From the NCBI GenBank assembly GCA_963742865.1, contig CAVUNW010000014.1, positions 114,846 through 146,845 of the forward strand: a DNA stretch of 32,000 nucleotides, read 5' to 3'. The DNA is from an uncultured Actinomycetes bacterium (lineage in GTDB: Bacteria; Actinomycetota; Actinomycetes; Streptosporangiales; Streptosporangiaceae). Positions 16,278-24,454 of the stretch are shown here, in pieces. Numbering within the stretch: the first letter of the stretch is position 1; each line of letters starts with the position of its first letter. The position numbers were made by a program, and so were the translations under genes. The notes below the pieces were generated by a model. That model did not search any database. It was not told the origin of the DNA and saw nothing but the letters and a program-made list of their open reading frames with translations.

Positions 16278-18911
16278 ATGATCGAGCAGTACGTATTGGA
16301 TCTTCAAGAGGTTGACGAGACGCAGATCGCGGTCGTTGGCGGCAAGGGCGCGCACCTGGGGGAGCTGTCGCGGATCGAAGGCATCCGGGTGCCGGCAGGC
16401 TTTTGCGTGACGACGGATGGCTTCCGGCGGATCATGACAGAAACGCCGTCGATCGACGGTCAGCTATATCAACTGTCGCGCCTGAGCCCGGATGACCGGG
16501 AGGCGATCCGCACGCTCAGCGCGGAAATCCGCCGAACCATCGAAGGGATCGCACTCCCAGACGATCTCGCGGCGGCGATCATCCGCGCGCTCGCACGACT
16601 CGGCGAGCACGCAGCCTACGCGGTGCGATCCAGTGCGACGGCAGAGGACCTGCCGACGGCATCCTTCGCCGGCCAGCAGGATACCTACCTGAACGTCGTT
16701 GGGCCGACGGCGATCCTCCAGCACGTCAGTCGGTGCTGGGCGTCGCTGTTCACCGAGCGGGCGGTGACCTACCGCCAGCGCAACGGCATCGACCACCGTA
16801 CGGTCCAGATGGCCGTGGTCGTGCAGCGGATGGTCTTCCCCGATGCGGCCGGCATCCTGTTCACGGCCGACCCCGTCACGAGCAACCGGAAGGTCGCCAC
16901 CGTGGACGCCAGCTTCGGCCTCGGCGAGGCCCTGGTCTCAGGCATCGTGAACCCGGACGTCTACCAGGTGCGAGACGGCGAGATCGTCAGCAAAACGATT
17001 GCCGTCAAACAGCGTGCCACCCACGCCCTGTCGGCTGGCGGTACGCAGGAAGTGGCGATCGACCCGGAGCGGCAGGAGCAGCCGGCGCTGACGGATGCGC
17101 AGGTCGTGCGGCTCGTCCAGCTCGGGCGGCGGATCGAAGCGCATTTCGGCCGCCCGCAGGACATCGAATGGTGCCTGCTCGACGATGACTGCGTCCACAT
17201 TGTTCAGAGTCGGCCGATCACCACGCTGTTTCCCATTCCCGAGACCGGCGACGAGGACAATCACGTCTACGTCTCTGTCGGTCATGGGCAGATGATGACC
17301 GACGCCATGAAACCGTTGGGGCTCTCCGTGTGGCAGCTGACGGCCATGGTGCCGATGCACGAGGCCGGCGGGAGGCTGTTCGTCGACGTCACCCGGGGCC
17401 TGGCCTCGCCCGCGAGTCGCGCCGGCCTCCTGGAAGTCATGGGCCGAGGCGATCCGCTGATCAGGGACGCACTGGAGACCGTCCTCGACCGCGGCGACTT
17501 CGTTGCGTTGCTCCCGGACGCGGGTCCCGCCGGGCCGCCGGCCGGCCCCCCGCCCGCCCCGATCGAGACGGATCCGGCCATCGTCACCGAGCTAATCGAG
17601 CGCAGCCAGGCATCGATCGCCGCCCTGCGCCGCGACATCGCGACGTTGACCGGGCCGGCGCTGTTCGATTTCCTGCTGGAGGCGGTCGAGGAACAGAAGC
17701 GGATCCTCAAAGATCCACTGAACCTTCAGGCGATCATGGCGGGGATCGAGGCCACATGGTGGCTCAACGACACGCTGTACGAGTGGCTGGGGGAGAAGAA
17801 CGCCGCCGACACGCTCACGCTGTCCGCCCCGGGCAACGTCACGTCGGAGATGGGACTGGCGCTGCTCGACGTGGCGGATGCGATCCGGCCGTATCCAGAG
17901 GTGGTGGCGTTCCTTCAGGGCGTCGAGAACAAGGGTTTCCGCGAAGCTTGCGAGCGCAACGGCGGGCAATTCTTGGACGAGTTGCCGAAGCGGGCCGGCG
18001 GAACCGAAGCGCACGACGCCATCGAGGCCTACCTCGACCGCTATGGCATGCGCTGCGTCGGCGAGATCGACATCACGAGGCCGCGTTGGCGCGAGCAGCC
18101 CACCACGCTCGTGCCCGTGATCCTCGACAACGTCAAGCTCTTCGAGCCGGGCGCCGCCGAGCGGCGCTTCGAGCAAGGGCGGCAGGAGGCGGAGAAGAAG
18201 GAACGGGACGTGCTGTCACGCTTGCGGATCCTGCCGGATGGGGAGCAGAAAGCTGAGCAGGCCAAGCGGATGATCGACCGGGTACGGACTTTCATCGGCT
18301 ACCGGGAGTACCCGAAGTACGGCATCGTCAGTCGCCTGTTCGTCTACAAGCAGGCCATGCTGGAAGAGGCCGAGCGCCTCGTCCAGGCCGGCGTGCTGGC
18401 CGAGAAGGAAGACATCTTCTACCTCACATTCCAGGAGCTCCACGACGTCGTGCGCACCAACCAGGTAGATGACCAGCTCATCCAGCAGCGCAAGGACGCG
18501 TACCGGTCGTACCACGCGCTCACGCCGCCACGAGTGCTCACCTCGGACGGCGAGGCCATCACCGGGGCGTACCGACGCGACGACGTGCCGGCCGGCGCCC
18601 TGATCGGGCTACCGGTCTCCGCCGGGACCATCGAGGGCAGGGCCCGCGTCATCCTGGACATGGCGGAGGCCGATCTCGAAGCGGGCGACATCCTGGTCAC
18701 GGCCCATACGGACCCCAGCTGGACGCCCCTGTTCGTCGCCGTCTCAGGCCTGGTGACGGAGGTCGGAGGCTTGATGACTCACGGTGCAGTGATCGCACGG
18801 GAGTACGGCTTGCCGGCGGTAGTCGGCGTGGTAGACGCCACCCGGCTGATCCGCGACGGGCAGCGGATCCGCGTGCACGGAACCGACGGGTACGTCGAGA
18901 TCCTGCCTTGA
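16278..18911 (+). CDS. rph: rifampicin phosphotransferase (PEP synthase/PPDK-like three-domain enzyme)
   Basis: The N-terminus MIEQYVLDLQEVDETQIAVVGGKGAHLGELSRIEGIRVPAGFCVTT is typical of the family. ATP-grasp motifs are VRSSATAEDLPTASFAGQQDTYLN and QDIEWC. The C-terminal swivel-His domain reads GGLMTHGAVIAREYGLPAVVG. GGAGG lies 7 nt before ATG 16278. Confidence 0.85.
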   Translation: MIEQYVLDLQEVDETQIAVVGGKGAHLGELSRIEGIRVPAGFCVTTDGFRRIMTETPSIDGQLYQLSRLSPDDREAIRTLSAEIRRTIEGIALPDDLAAAIIRALARLGEHAAYAVRSSATAEDLPTASFAGQQDTYLNVVGPTAILQHVSRCWASLFTERAVTYRQRNGIDHRTVQMAVVVQRMVFPDAAGILFTADPVTSNRKVATVDASFGLGEALVSGIVNPDVYQVRDGEIVSKTIAVKQRATHALSAGGTQEVAIDPERQEQPALTDAQVVRLVQLGRRIEAHFGRPQDIEWCLLDDDCVHIVQSRPITTLFPIPETGDEDNHVYVSVGHGQMMTDAMKPLGLSVWQLTAMVPMHEAGGRLFVDVTRGLASPASRAGLLEVMGRGDPLIRDALETVLDRGDFVALLPDAGPAGPPAGPPPAPIETDPAIVTELIERSQASIAALRRDIATLTGPALFDFLLEAVEEQKRILKDPLNLQAIMAGIEATWWLNDTLYEWLGEKNAADTLTLSAPGNVTSEMGLALLDVADAIRPYPEVVAFLQGVENKGFREACERNGGQFLDELPKRAGGTEAHDAIEAYLDRYGMRCVGEIDITRPRWREQPTTLVPVILDNVKLFEPGAAERRFEQGRQEAEKKERDVLSRLRILPDGEQKAEQAKRMIDRVRTFIGYREYPKYGIVSRLFVYKQAMLEEAERLVQAGVLAEKEDIFYLTFQELHDVVRTNQVDDQLIQQRKDAYRSYHALTPPRVLTSDGEAITGAYRRDDVPAGALIGLPVSAGTIEGRARVILDMAEADLEAGDILVTAHTDPSWTPLFVAVSGLVTEVGGLMTHGAVIAREYGLPAVVGVVDATRLIRDGQRIRVHGTDGYVEILP

Positions 18912-18994
18912 CTGAGCCAAGCACCGAGAAGCCCCGTGCGTCGCGTCCGGCCCATGACAACCCCGGTTGAGCGCCAGGTGCGCCGGTGCTTTCG

Positions 18995-19370
18995 CTACCA
19001 GACCACGTACAGGTCGATGCTGCCCCGGGCAACGCAGCCGTGGTAGTACCTGATTTCGTGGTCGAACTTCTCGATGATGCGATCGGCGAGTTCGGGGTAG
19101 GCGCCGAGGACGCGTTCGATCTTCGCTTCTTCCCAATCGTCGCTGTTGCTGAGCACGCCCGTCAGATCGATCCGTTGTGGGGTGTCGGCCGCAAAGAGGA
19201 AGTGGCCAAACCAGTCCGGATCCGGGTACTTGCCGAGGTCGTACCAGCCGAGCCGGTCGCAGTGTCCGAGTCCGGATCAAGGGCCTCGAAAGGAGTCCGT
19301 CGACCCACTTCTCGTCATCGGGGTGTTCGAGCAGCCGGGCCAGCAAGGTCGCCGGAATCTCTTTGTACAT
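18995..19370 (-). pseudogene. small hypothetical gene with one internal frameshift
   Basis: The N-terminal frame reads MYKEIPATLLARLLEHPDDEKWVDGLL. From ~19280 the protein-like sequence continues in another frame (GLGHCDRLGWYDLGKYPDPDWFGHFLFAADTPQRIDLTGVLSNSDDWEEAKIERVLGAYPELADRIIEKFDHEIRYYHGCVARGSIDLYVVW) and stops at TAG 18995-18997. The listed 208-aa ORF turns into Arg/Pro-rich junk after the shift point. Confidence 0.5.
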
Positions 19371-19500
19371 CGGTACATTCCCATCGCGCTACGGTAAAGG
19401 CGGCCCGCAACAGAGAATCGGCGGGCCTTCCGCGGCATAGCTAAGCCCTGACTGCGGACGGGGCTGGCCCGCCGCGTTCCGGCCGGCCTTCATGACTTGT

Positions 19501-20082
19501 CTATGTCCTGGCCAGGCGTTCGGATAGGCGGGCCTTCGCTGCTGGCCATTCGGCCTGGCTGATCGTGTAGAGGAGAAGGCTCGGCTGGGTGGCTTCCGGT
19601 TCGGGGCCGGTGAGGGTGGCTCCGATGCGTGTGATGGCTTCTCGTGAGCGGAGGTTTTCCGAACGGATGCGCCAGACGATGGTTGTGTAGCCGAGCGTGT
19701 CGAAGGCGTAGGTCATCGTGAGGAGCTTGGCTTCGGTGTTTGCTGCGGTACGCCACCATTTCCTGCCGAACCATGTGCCGCCGATTTCGATGCGGCCGTC
19801 GGCGTGATGCCAGCTGTGCAGATTTGTGGTGCCGACCGCCGTACCCTCTTCGTGGCTCAGTACGGCGTACGCGACTCGCTTGCGGTCGTTGACGTCTTTG
19901 AGGCGCTTGGAAACGATCTCGTGCAGGTCCGATTCGGTATGGGGTGTTGGTGCGGTCAGCCAGCGCCAGACCTCGTCGTCTCGGCCGCCGGCTGCGAACA
20001 GGGCGGGGACATGGGACTGGGCGAGGGGCTCGAGACGTACGAAGCGGCCTTCAAGGACCGTCAATTCAGGAGTCAACGGCAT
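19501..20082 (-). CDS. GNAT family N-acetyltransferase (RimJ/RimL-like)
   Basis: LEGRFVRLEPL, IEIGGTWFGRKWWRTAANTEAKLLTMTYAFDTLG and VWRIRSENLRSREAITRIGA are typical of the Acetyltransf_3 family. Confidence 0.85.
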   Translation of the reverse strand: MPLTPELTVLEGRFVRLEPLAQSHVPALFAAGGRDDEVWRWLTAPTPHTESDLHEIVSKRLKDVNDRKRVAYAVLSHEEGTAVGTTNLHSWHHADGRIEIGGTWFGRKWWRTAANTEAKLLTMTYAFDTLGYTTIVWRIRSENLRSREAITRIGATLTGPEPEATQPSLLLYTISQAEWPAAKARLSERLART

Positions 20083-20165
20083 GGCGGGGACGCTACCTGC
20101 CTGTCGTCACAGATCGACGACGACGACAAGCTCGGGCAGCAGCCTTGTGCTCACCGGTAAGACGG

Positions 20166-20306
20166 CTAGGACGCCGGAGGACCTTGAGGGTCTTCGCTAT
20201 TGCCTACCTCACGACCGATCCGCCTCGCGAGGCTGGCATCGCGAGCGAGGCCAAGAGCGACGGCCACGATCGCAAGGAGTACTACAGCACCGATAACCCA
20301 TCCCAT
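20166..20306 (-). CDS. possible 46-aa single-pass membrane peptide
   Basis: My own translation gives MGWVIGAVVLLAIVAVALGLARDASLARRIGREVGNSEDPQGPPAS. It has a hydrophobic helix and a weak GTGAGG upstream. It is too short for the ORF track. Confidence 0.25.
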   Translation of the reverse strand: MGWVIGAVVLLAIVAVALGLARDASLARRIGREVGNSEDPQGPPAS

Positions 20307-20388
20307 GGCCTCACTTTAAGTTAAGAGTGGTCAGCAAGCACAGCACCAACCTGCCGCCGTCCGTGACCCACTCCGGCGGGCCCGGGCA

Positions 20389-21222
20389 TCATTCCCGCGA
20401 GCCGTAGCTCGTGATGGCGGCCAACAGATCGTCGACGCGGGCCGAGGTCCACTCGATGCCGGGATCGGGTTCGATGTAGCTGAGGACGGTCGCGGCGATC
20501 ATGTAGATGGCGGGCGTCCACTCCGCGGACTCGGTGCTGCCGAAGGCCCGCCCGGCCCGCGGCGCCTGGCCGTCGAGATCGTCGAGATCGTCGAGATCGA
20601 GCTTTGTCAACAGGCCCGTCATGGTCGCCCCCGCCGCGCGGCTCATCAGCTCGAAGCCGTCGGGTCCAGCCAGAGGCGGGACGAGGCGGTACCCGAGCAG
20701 CGCGGTGAACTGCGCGTAGGCGCGGGCCCGGGTTTCGATGGAGCGGCGCTCCGCGGCACTCAGCGCGGCAGCAACCGCCGCACGGACGCCTTCGTCGATG
20801 ATGCCCCGGTAGCTTGCCAGGAGGCTGGTGAAGGTGCGCCACTCGGGAGCCGTGCTGACCACCCTGTAGTCCTCGCCGATGGACACCCGGAGCAGTTCGA
20901 CGACGAAGGTGCGGCGTTGCTGCGGGGACTCCAGGCGGTGGGCATAGTCCATCACGACACCGGCCGCCGGTCCGGTGACGCTGCCCTCCGGCGCCGGCAG
21001 GGTGGTGCCGCTCGCGAGCGTGAGGAGCACCTCGCCGTAAAAGTGGTCGCGCTTGGGCCACCTGCGGTACGCGGAGGTCCGCGAGACCTCTGCCCGCCGG
21101 ACGACCGCTTCGAAGGCGATTCCCTCCAGGCCTGTGGAGATGCCCTGCTCGTGCACGAGCGCAACGGCGGCGTCGAGGATCCGTCGCTCCGTCTCTCGAT
21201 CGCTCAACCGGTGCCGTGACAT
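20389..21222 (-). CDS. TetR/AcrR family transcriptional regulator
   Basis: The N-terminal HTH reads RILDAAVALVHEQGISTGLEGIAFEAVVRRAEVSRTSAYRRWPKRDHFY. The start is taken at ATG 21222 (MSRHRL). Confidence 0.85.
   Translation of the reverse strand: MSRHRLSDRETERRILDAAVALVHEQGISTGLEGIAFEAVVRRAEVSRTSAYRRWPKRDHFYGEVLLTLASGTTLPAPEGSVTGPAAGVVMDYAHRLESPQQRRTFVVELLRVSIGEDYRVVSTAPEWRTFTSLLASYRGIIDEGVRAAVAAALSAAERRSIETRARAYAQFTALLGYRLVPPLAGPDGFELMSRAAGATMTGLLTKLDLDDLDDLDGQAPRAGRAFGSTESAEWTPAIYMIAATVLSYIEPDPGIEWTSARVDDLLAAITSYGSRE
20572..20598. repeat. perfect 9-bp tandem repeat (GTCGAGATC)x3 inside the TetR gene
   Basis: Read directly from the sequence. On the minus strand it encodes the DLDDLDDLD stretch of the TetR protein and stays in frame. 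Confidence 0.85.
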
Positions 21223-21241
21223 GCCCCACTCTAGCAAGCCA

Positions 21242-21277
21242 GTACCGAGGACGGTATGGTCGGTACCATATTTGGTA
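21242..21277. promoter_or_regulatory. candidate TetR operator region: GTACCGA-N11-TCGGTAC overlapping the near-palindrome TACCATATTTGGTA
   Basis: The inverted repeats were read directly, 20-55 nt upstream of the TetR start, in an AT-richer patch. The function is inferred. Confidence 0.35.
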
Positions 21278-21664
21278 TAGCAGGTTCCGATTTGAGGTGC
21301 GTCGTGATAGTCCTGCTGGTCGTCGAGTCATGGTTTGGCAACATTCGGGCCATCGCGGCGAGGCGCACAGGCGTTCGCGAGCGGCCGGCCGGCCTCGATC
21401 TGTGTGGCGGCCGACGCGTCGCGGCCTTCGACACAACCACCAGTGGGGGTCGGCCCAGCGGATCCGGTGCTCATCGCATCAAACGGATGCTTGCGCAGCA
21501 CCGCTCCGGTATATCCACCGAGGCTAGGTCGTTCGACGTGCATGGGCTCAAGGGTCCGCTGCGTGCGGCGCAGACGGCGGCGGCTCAGGCATGGGGGCGG
21601 CGCCTTGTCCGTGCCTGAGTCACGACTTGACGGCTCGAGCCTGGCCGCCGTGCCGGTGGCCGGC

Positions 21665-22330
21665 ATGCTCCGCCTGTCCGGATCCACGCTGCTCCTCGCA
21701 GGGCTCCTCACCGGGGTAGCCGCCGCGCTCCAAGCCACGGCCTGGCCGCCTTCGACCTCCGAGGCGTTGCCGCGGTGGGTCGAGTCCCATTACCTGACGC
21801 TCGCGTTGATCGACGAATGTCTGGGCATCGGTGCGGCGCTGCTCGCTGTCGGTGTGGTCGGGTTGTGGCAGGCGCTGCACGCCGGCCGCCGACCGGCAAT
21901 CGCCACGGGAGTCGCGCTGATCGCGCTGTCCACGCCGGTGAGCCTGTTCCTTGTCGTCATACACGGTCGGCTGATCTATCCCGCCTACGGCATCGATGTC
22001 GCCGGCGATCCACAGAACCTGGCGCTCGTCGTCACCGTCTGGGCCGGGGGAGCCCACATGGTCAACCTCGCGCTGCTGGTCGCCGGCCTCACCATCGGCG
22101 TTGCGATGCTCCGTGACCGCGGGAAGCAGACTGCCCTCGGTGCGCTGGGCGTCGCCGCCGGCGGCACCCAACTGCTGGTCGCCTACCCGTGGCTGTTCCC
22201 TGTCGCGGTGGTGACCAGTTGCCAGATCACCCTTGCTGTTTGGTTCGCGGCGCTGGGCTTGAGCCTGTTCGTTCAGGCCTCATCGGACCGCCGACGGTCT
22301 GTCCAGTCAACGGCTGATCTTGGTTGTTGA
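21665..22330 (+). CDS. integral membrane protein (about 6 TM), divergent from TetR
   Basis: There is a run of hydrophobic helices (LLLAGLLTGVAAAL, IGAALLAVGVVGLW, GVALIALSTPVSLFLVVI, VNLALLVAGLTIGVAML, LVAYPWLFPVAVV, ITLAVWFAALGLSLFV). The start is uncertain: ATG 21665 or GTG 21650. Confidence 0.7.
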   Translation: MLRLSGSTLLLAGLLTGVAAALQATAWPPSTSEALPRWVESHYLTLALIDECLGIGAALLAVGVVGLWQALHAGRRPAIATGVALIALSTPVSLFLVVIHGRLIYPAYGIDVAGDPQNLALVVTVWAGGAHMVNLALLVAGLTIGVAMLRDRGKQTALGALGVAAGGTQLLVAYPWLFPVAVVTSCQITLAVWFAALGLSLFVQASSDRRRSVQSTADLGC

Positions 22331-22503
22331 CCGGGTCAGTTGGTGCTCGGGATCAGCGAACTTCCTGGGCCCGTTGACTTTCGGGGCGCAGCCGAGCCGA
22401 GCATCCGCTCATCGGCACGTCCGGACGCCAGGGCCCGGCACCGACGTCACCTTCGGTGACGAGCCTTCGCAGCAGATCCGTGCGTACGCGACTCCGCCAA
22501 AGG

Positions 22504-23130
22504 TCAGTCCCAGTAGTTGAAGAGGGCTTCACCCAATGAGCAGGGCTTCCAACGCCGGAGATCGTCCGAGCTCATGCCGGGCCACCGTGCCCGATCGATC
22601 GGGCCGTCCAGCTCGAACGCCGTGAGCACTGTGAAGCCCTCAACATCTGCCCCGGCGTCCGTCAACGCAGCGGCCAGGTCGGGTATGTCGATGAAGCTTA
22701 GCGGCCCAGACTCGCGTGCCGGTGTGAAGTCGAGGTCGCGCGGCACGGCGATGGCCAGCAGCGCCGCGCCGCGGACGCAGGCCACAGCGACGGTTTGGTT
22801 TTGGAAGGCGATGACCCCCTGATGGAAGCTGGGCGCCGGGCCACCAGAGATCCGGAACTCAATCACCTTGCCGCCGGCGCGACATGCTGCCTCGTAGCAC
22901 ACACGACGAAACATAGGCACGTCCAACACTGACCCACCATACGTGAGGCTCGGAAGGCGTCGGCCGACAACAGCGATCATCCCCACGTACCAACCGCTCC
23001 GGCCTCCAAGCTCCCATCCTGGCTGCCTGGCTTTGATCGGCGGCACTGTTCCGACAGGTGCGATATCCGCCGCGGGCTCGTCGCGACGCTGTGTCGCGAT
23101 CGGATCGCGGCAGATCCGGATACCCAACAC
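22504..23130 (-). CDS. hypothetical protein (start uncertain)
   Basis: The C-terminal two thirds are protein-like (MFRRVCYEAACRAGGKVIEFRISGG...FIDIPDLAAALTDAGADVEGFTVLTAFELDGPIDRARWPGMSSDDLRRWKPCSLGEALFNYWD). I did not recognise any family. Confidence 0.45.
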   Translation of the reverse strand: MLGIRICRDPIATQRRDEPAADIAPVGTVPPIKARQPGWELGGRSGWYVGMIAVVGRRLPSLTYGGSVLDVPMFRRVCYEAACRAGGKVIEFRISGGPAPSFHQGVIAFQNQTVAVACVRGAALLAIAVPRDLDFTPARESGPLSFIDIPDLAAALTDAGADVEGFTVLTAFELDGPIDRARWPGMSSDDLRRWKPCSLGEALFNYWD

Positions 23131-23920
23131 CCCGATCAGCCTCGTCGGGTCGGGACGATACTGTCTGGGAACTGCGGCGGCTCAGACGTCCGTGGGGGGA
23201 GAGGACGGGTTGGATGAGCTACGGGCTGATCTTCGCCCAACCGCAGCGTCCACGGTCGCGACCGCCCACACCGACCTGAGGTTACGCGCGAGCCAAAAGA
23301 TCTTGACCTGAACGCGCGAGTATCAGCAGGTCAAAGAAGTGCGATGCCCGGAGGCCTGCCGAAAGACCACTTCCGAGCACGGCCTAAGTCGGGCATGCTC
23401 TGCCAATTGAGCTAGCGACCCATGTCGACCTTCGCACGGTTCGGGCCGATGCGGCCACCGAGTTTCGGGCAGGGCGCTGCCGAGAAGTGCGCGATCCGGC
23501 GATGCCTCGGCGCTCTGATTTCGGTCACAAGCGCGATTGGGCCGTGCGGAGCACCCCGTTCGCGGTATGCCGACCAGCGGTTTCCTGCTCAAGGACCTCA
23601 GCCCGTAGGAACTGCGCCATGCGGTCCGGGTGGTCGCCGCCGGAGACGCACTTACTGGACCTGCGGCCCACTCTTTCCCCTGGTGCTCGTGGCGCTCGGG
23701 TAATGCTGCTCCGCTTGCGAGCGGATCCTCGCGCCGGGCATCGGGCCGACCACCGCAGGCGGAGGCCGCCAGGTAAGACGACGAGGGACGTACCATGGCC
23801 GGCATGTTGGGCGTGCATTTCGCTGGAGGCGATCAACGGAAAATTCCTGGCAGGGTGTCGACCAGGCTGACCGCCGTTCGACGCACAGGTAAGAAGGCAC
23901 CCTGACATGAGGAGACAACG

Positions 23921-24355
23921 ATGCGGTTCATGGTGATCACCAAGGCCACCGTGGAGAGCGAAGCCGGCGTGCTGCCCGCTACCGAGGATTTTGACACGAT
24001 GGGCGCGTTCATCCAGGAAATGGTCGACGCCGGCGTGCTGCTGGACGCCGGCGGCCTCCAGTCCAGCGCCAACGGCGCCCGGATCTATTTCGACGGCGAC
24101 AAGAAGACCGTGGTGGACGGGCCGTTCACCGAGACCAAGGAGCTCATCGCCGGTTACTACCTGGTCGAGATGAAGTCGCTCGAGGAGTGCGTCGAGTGGT
24201 TCAAGCGCTGCCCGGTCAAGCAGCCGGGTGCGGGGGCGCCGACCAACATCGAGATCCGGCGGGTATTCCACGCCGAGGACTTCGGCGAGACCTTCACCGC
24301 GCAGCAGCAGGAGGCCGTGGAGAAGCGGCGCGCGACGGTGGCCGGGAACAACTGA
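23921..24355 (+). CDS. YCII-related DGPF-domain protein
   Basis: It contains the eponymous VVDGPFTETKELIAGYYLVE motif. AGGAGA lies 6 nt upstream of the ATG. Confidence 0.85.
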   Translation: MRFMVITKATVESEAGVLPATEDFDTMGAFIQEMVDAGVLLDAGGLQSSANGARIYFDGDKKTVVDGPFTETKELIAGYYLVEMKSLEECVEWFKRCPVKQPGAGAPTNIEIRRVFHAEDFGETFTAQQQEAVEKRRATVAGNN

Positions 24356-24454
24356 TCAGCACAGCCTGGGAGATGCGGGTTCGGCTCAAGAGCGAGCCGG
24401 CCCGCGCGGCATGACCAGTGTTGCGTCCGATCGCATGGTGGGGTAGACGGGGCC

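Noticed and set aside
20572-20598. The short repeats as a possible CRISPR array.
   Set aside because: These are contiguous 9-bp units with no spacers, lying inside a coding frame. Nothing in the window has the repeat-spacer periodicity of a CRISPR array.
23341-23421. Calling a complete tRNA gene, for example a Leu-TAG or Lys-CTT reading of the CTTAG loop.
   Set aside because: Only the acceptor-5' strand and D-arm are tRNA-like. There is no anticodon stem of normal length, no T-arm and no 3' acceptor strand. It is reported as a fragment or unknown RNA only.
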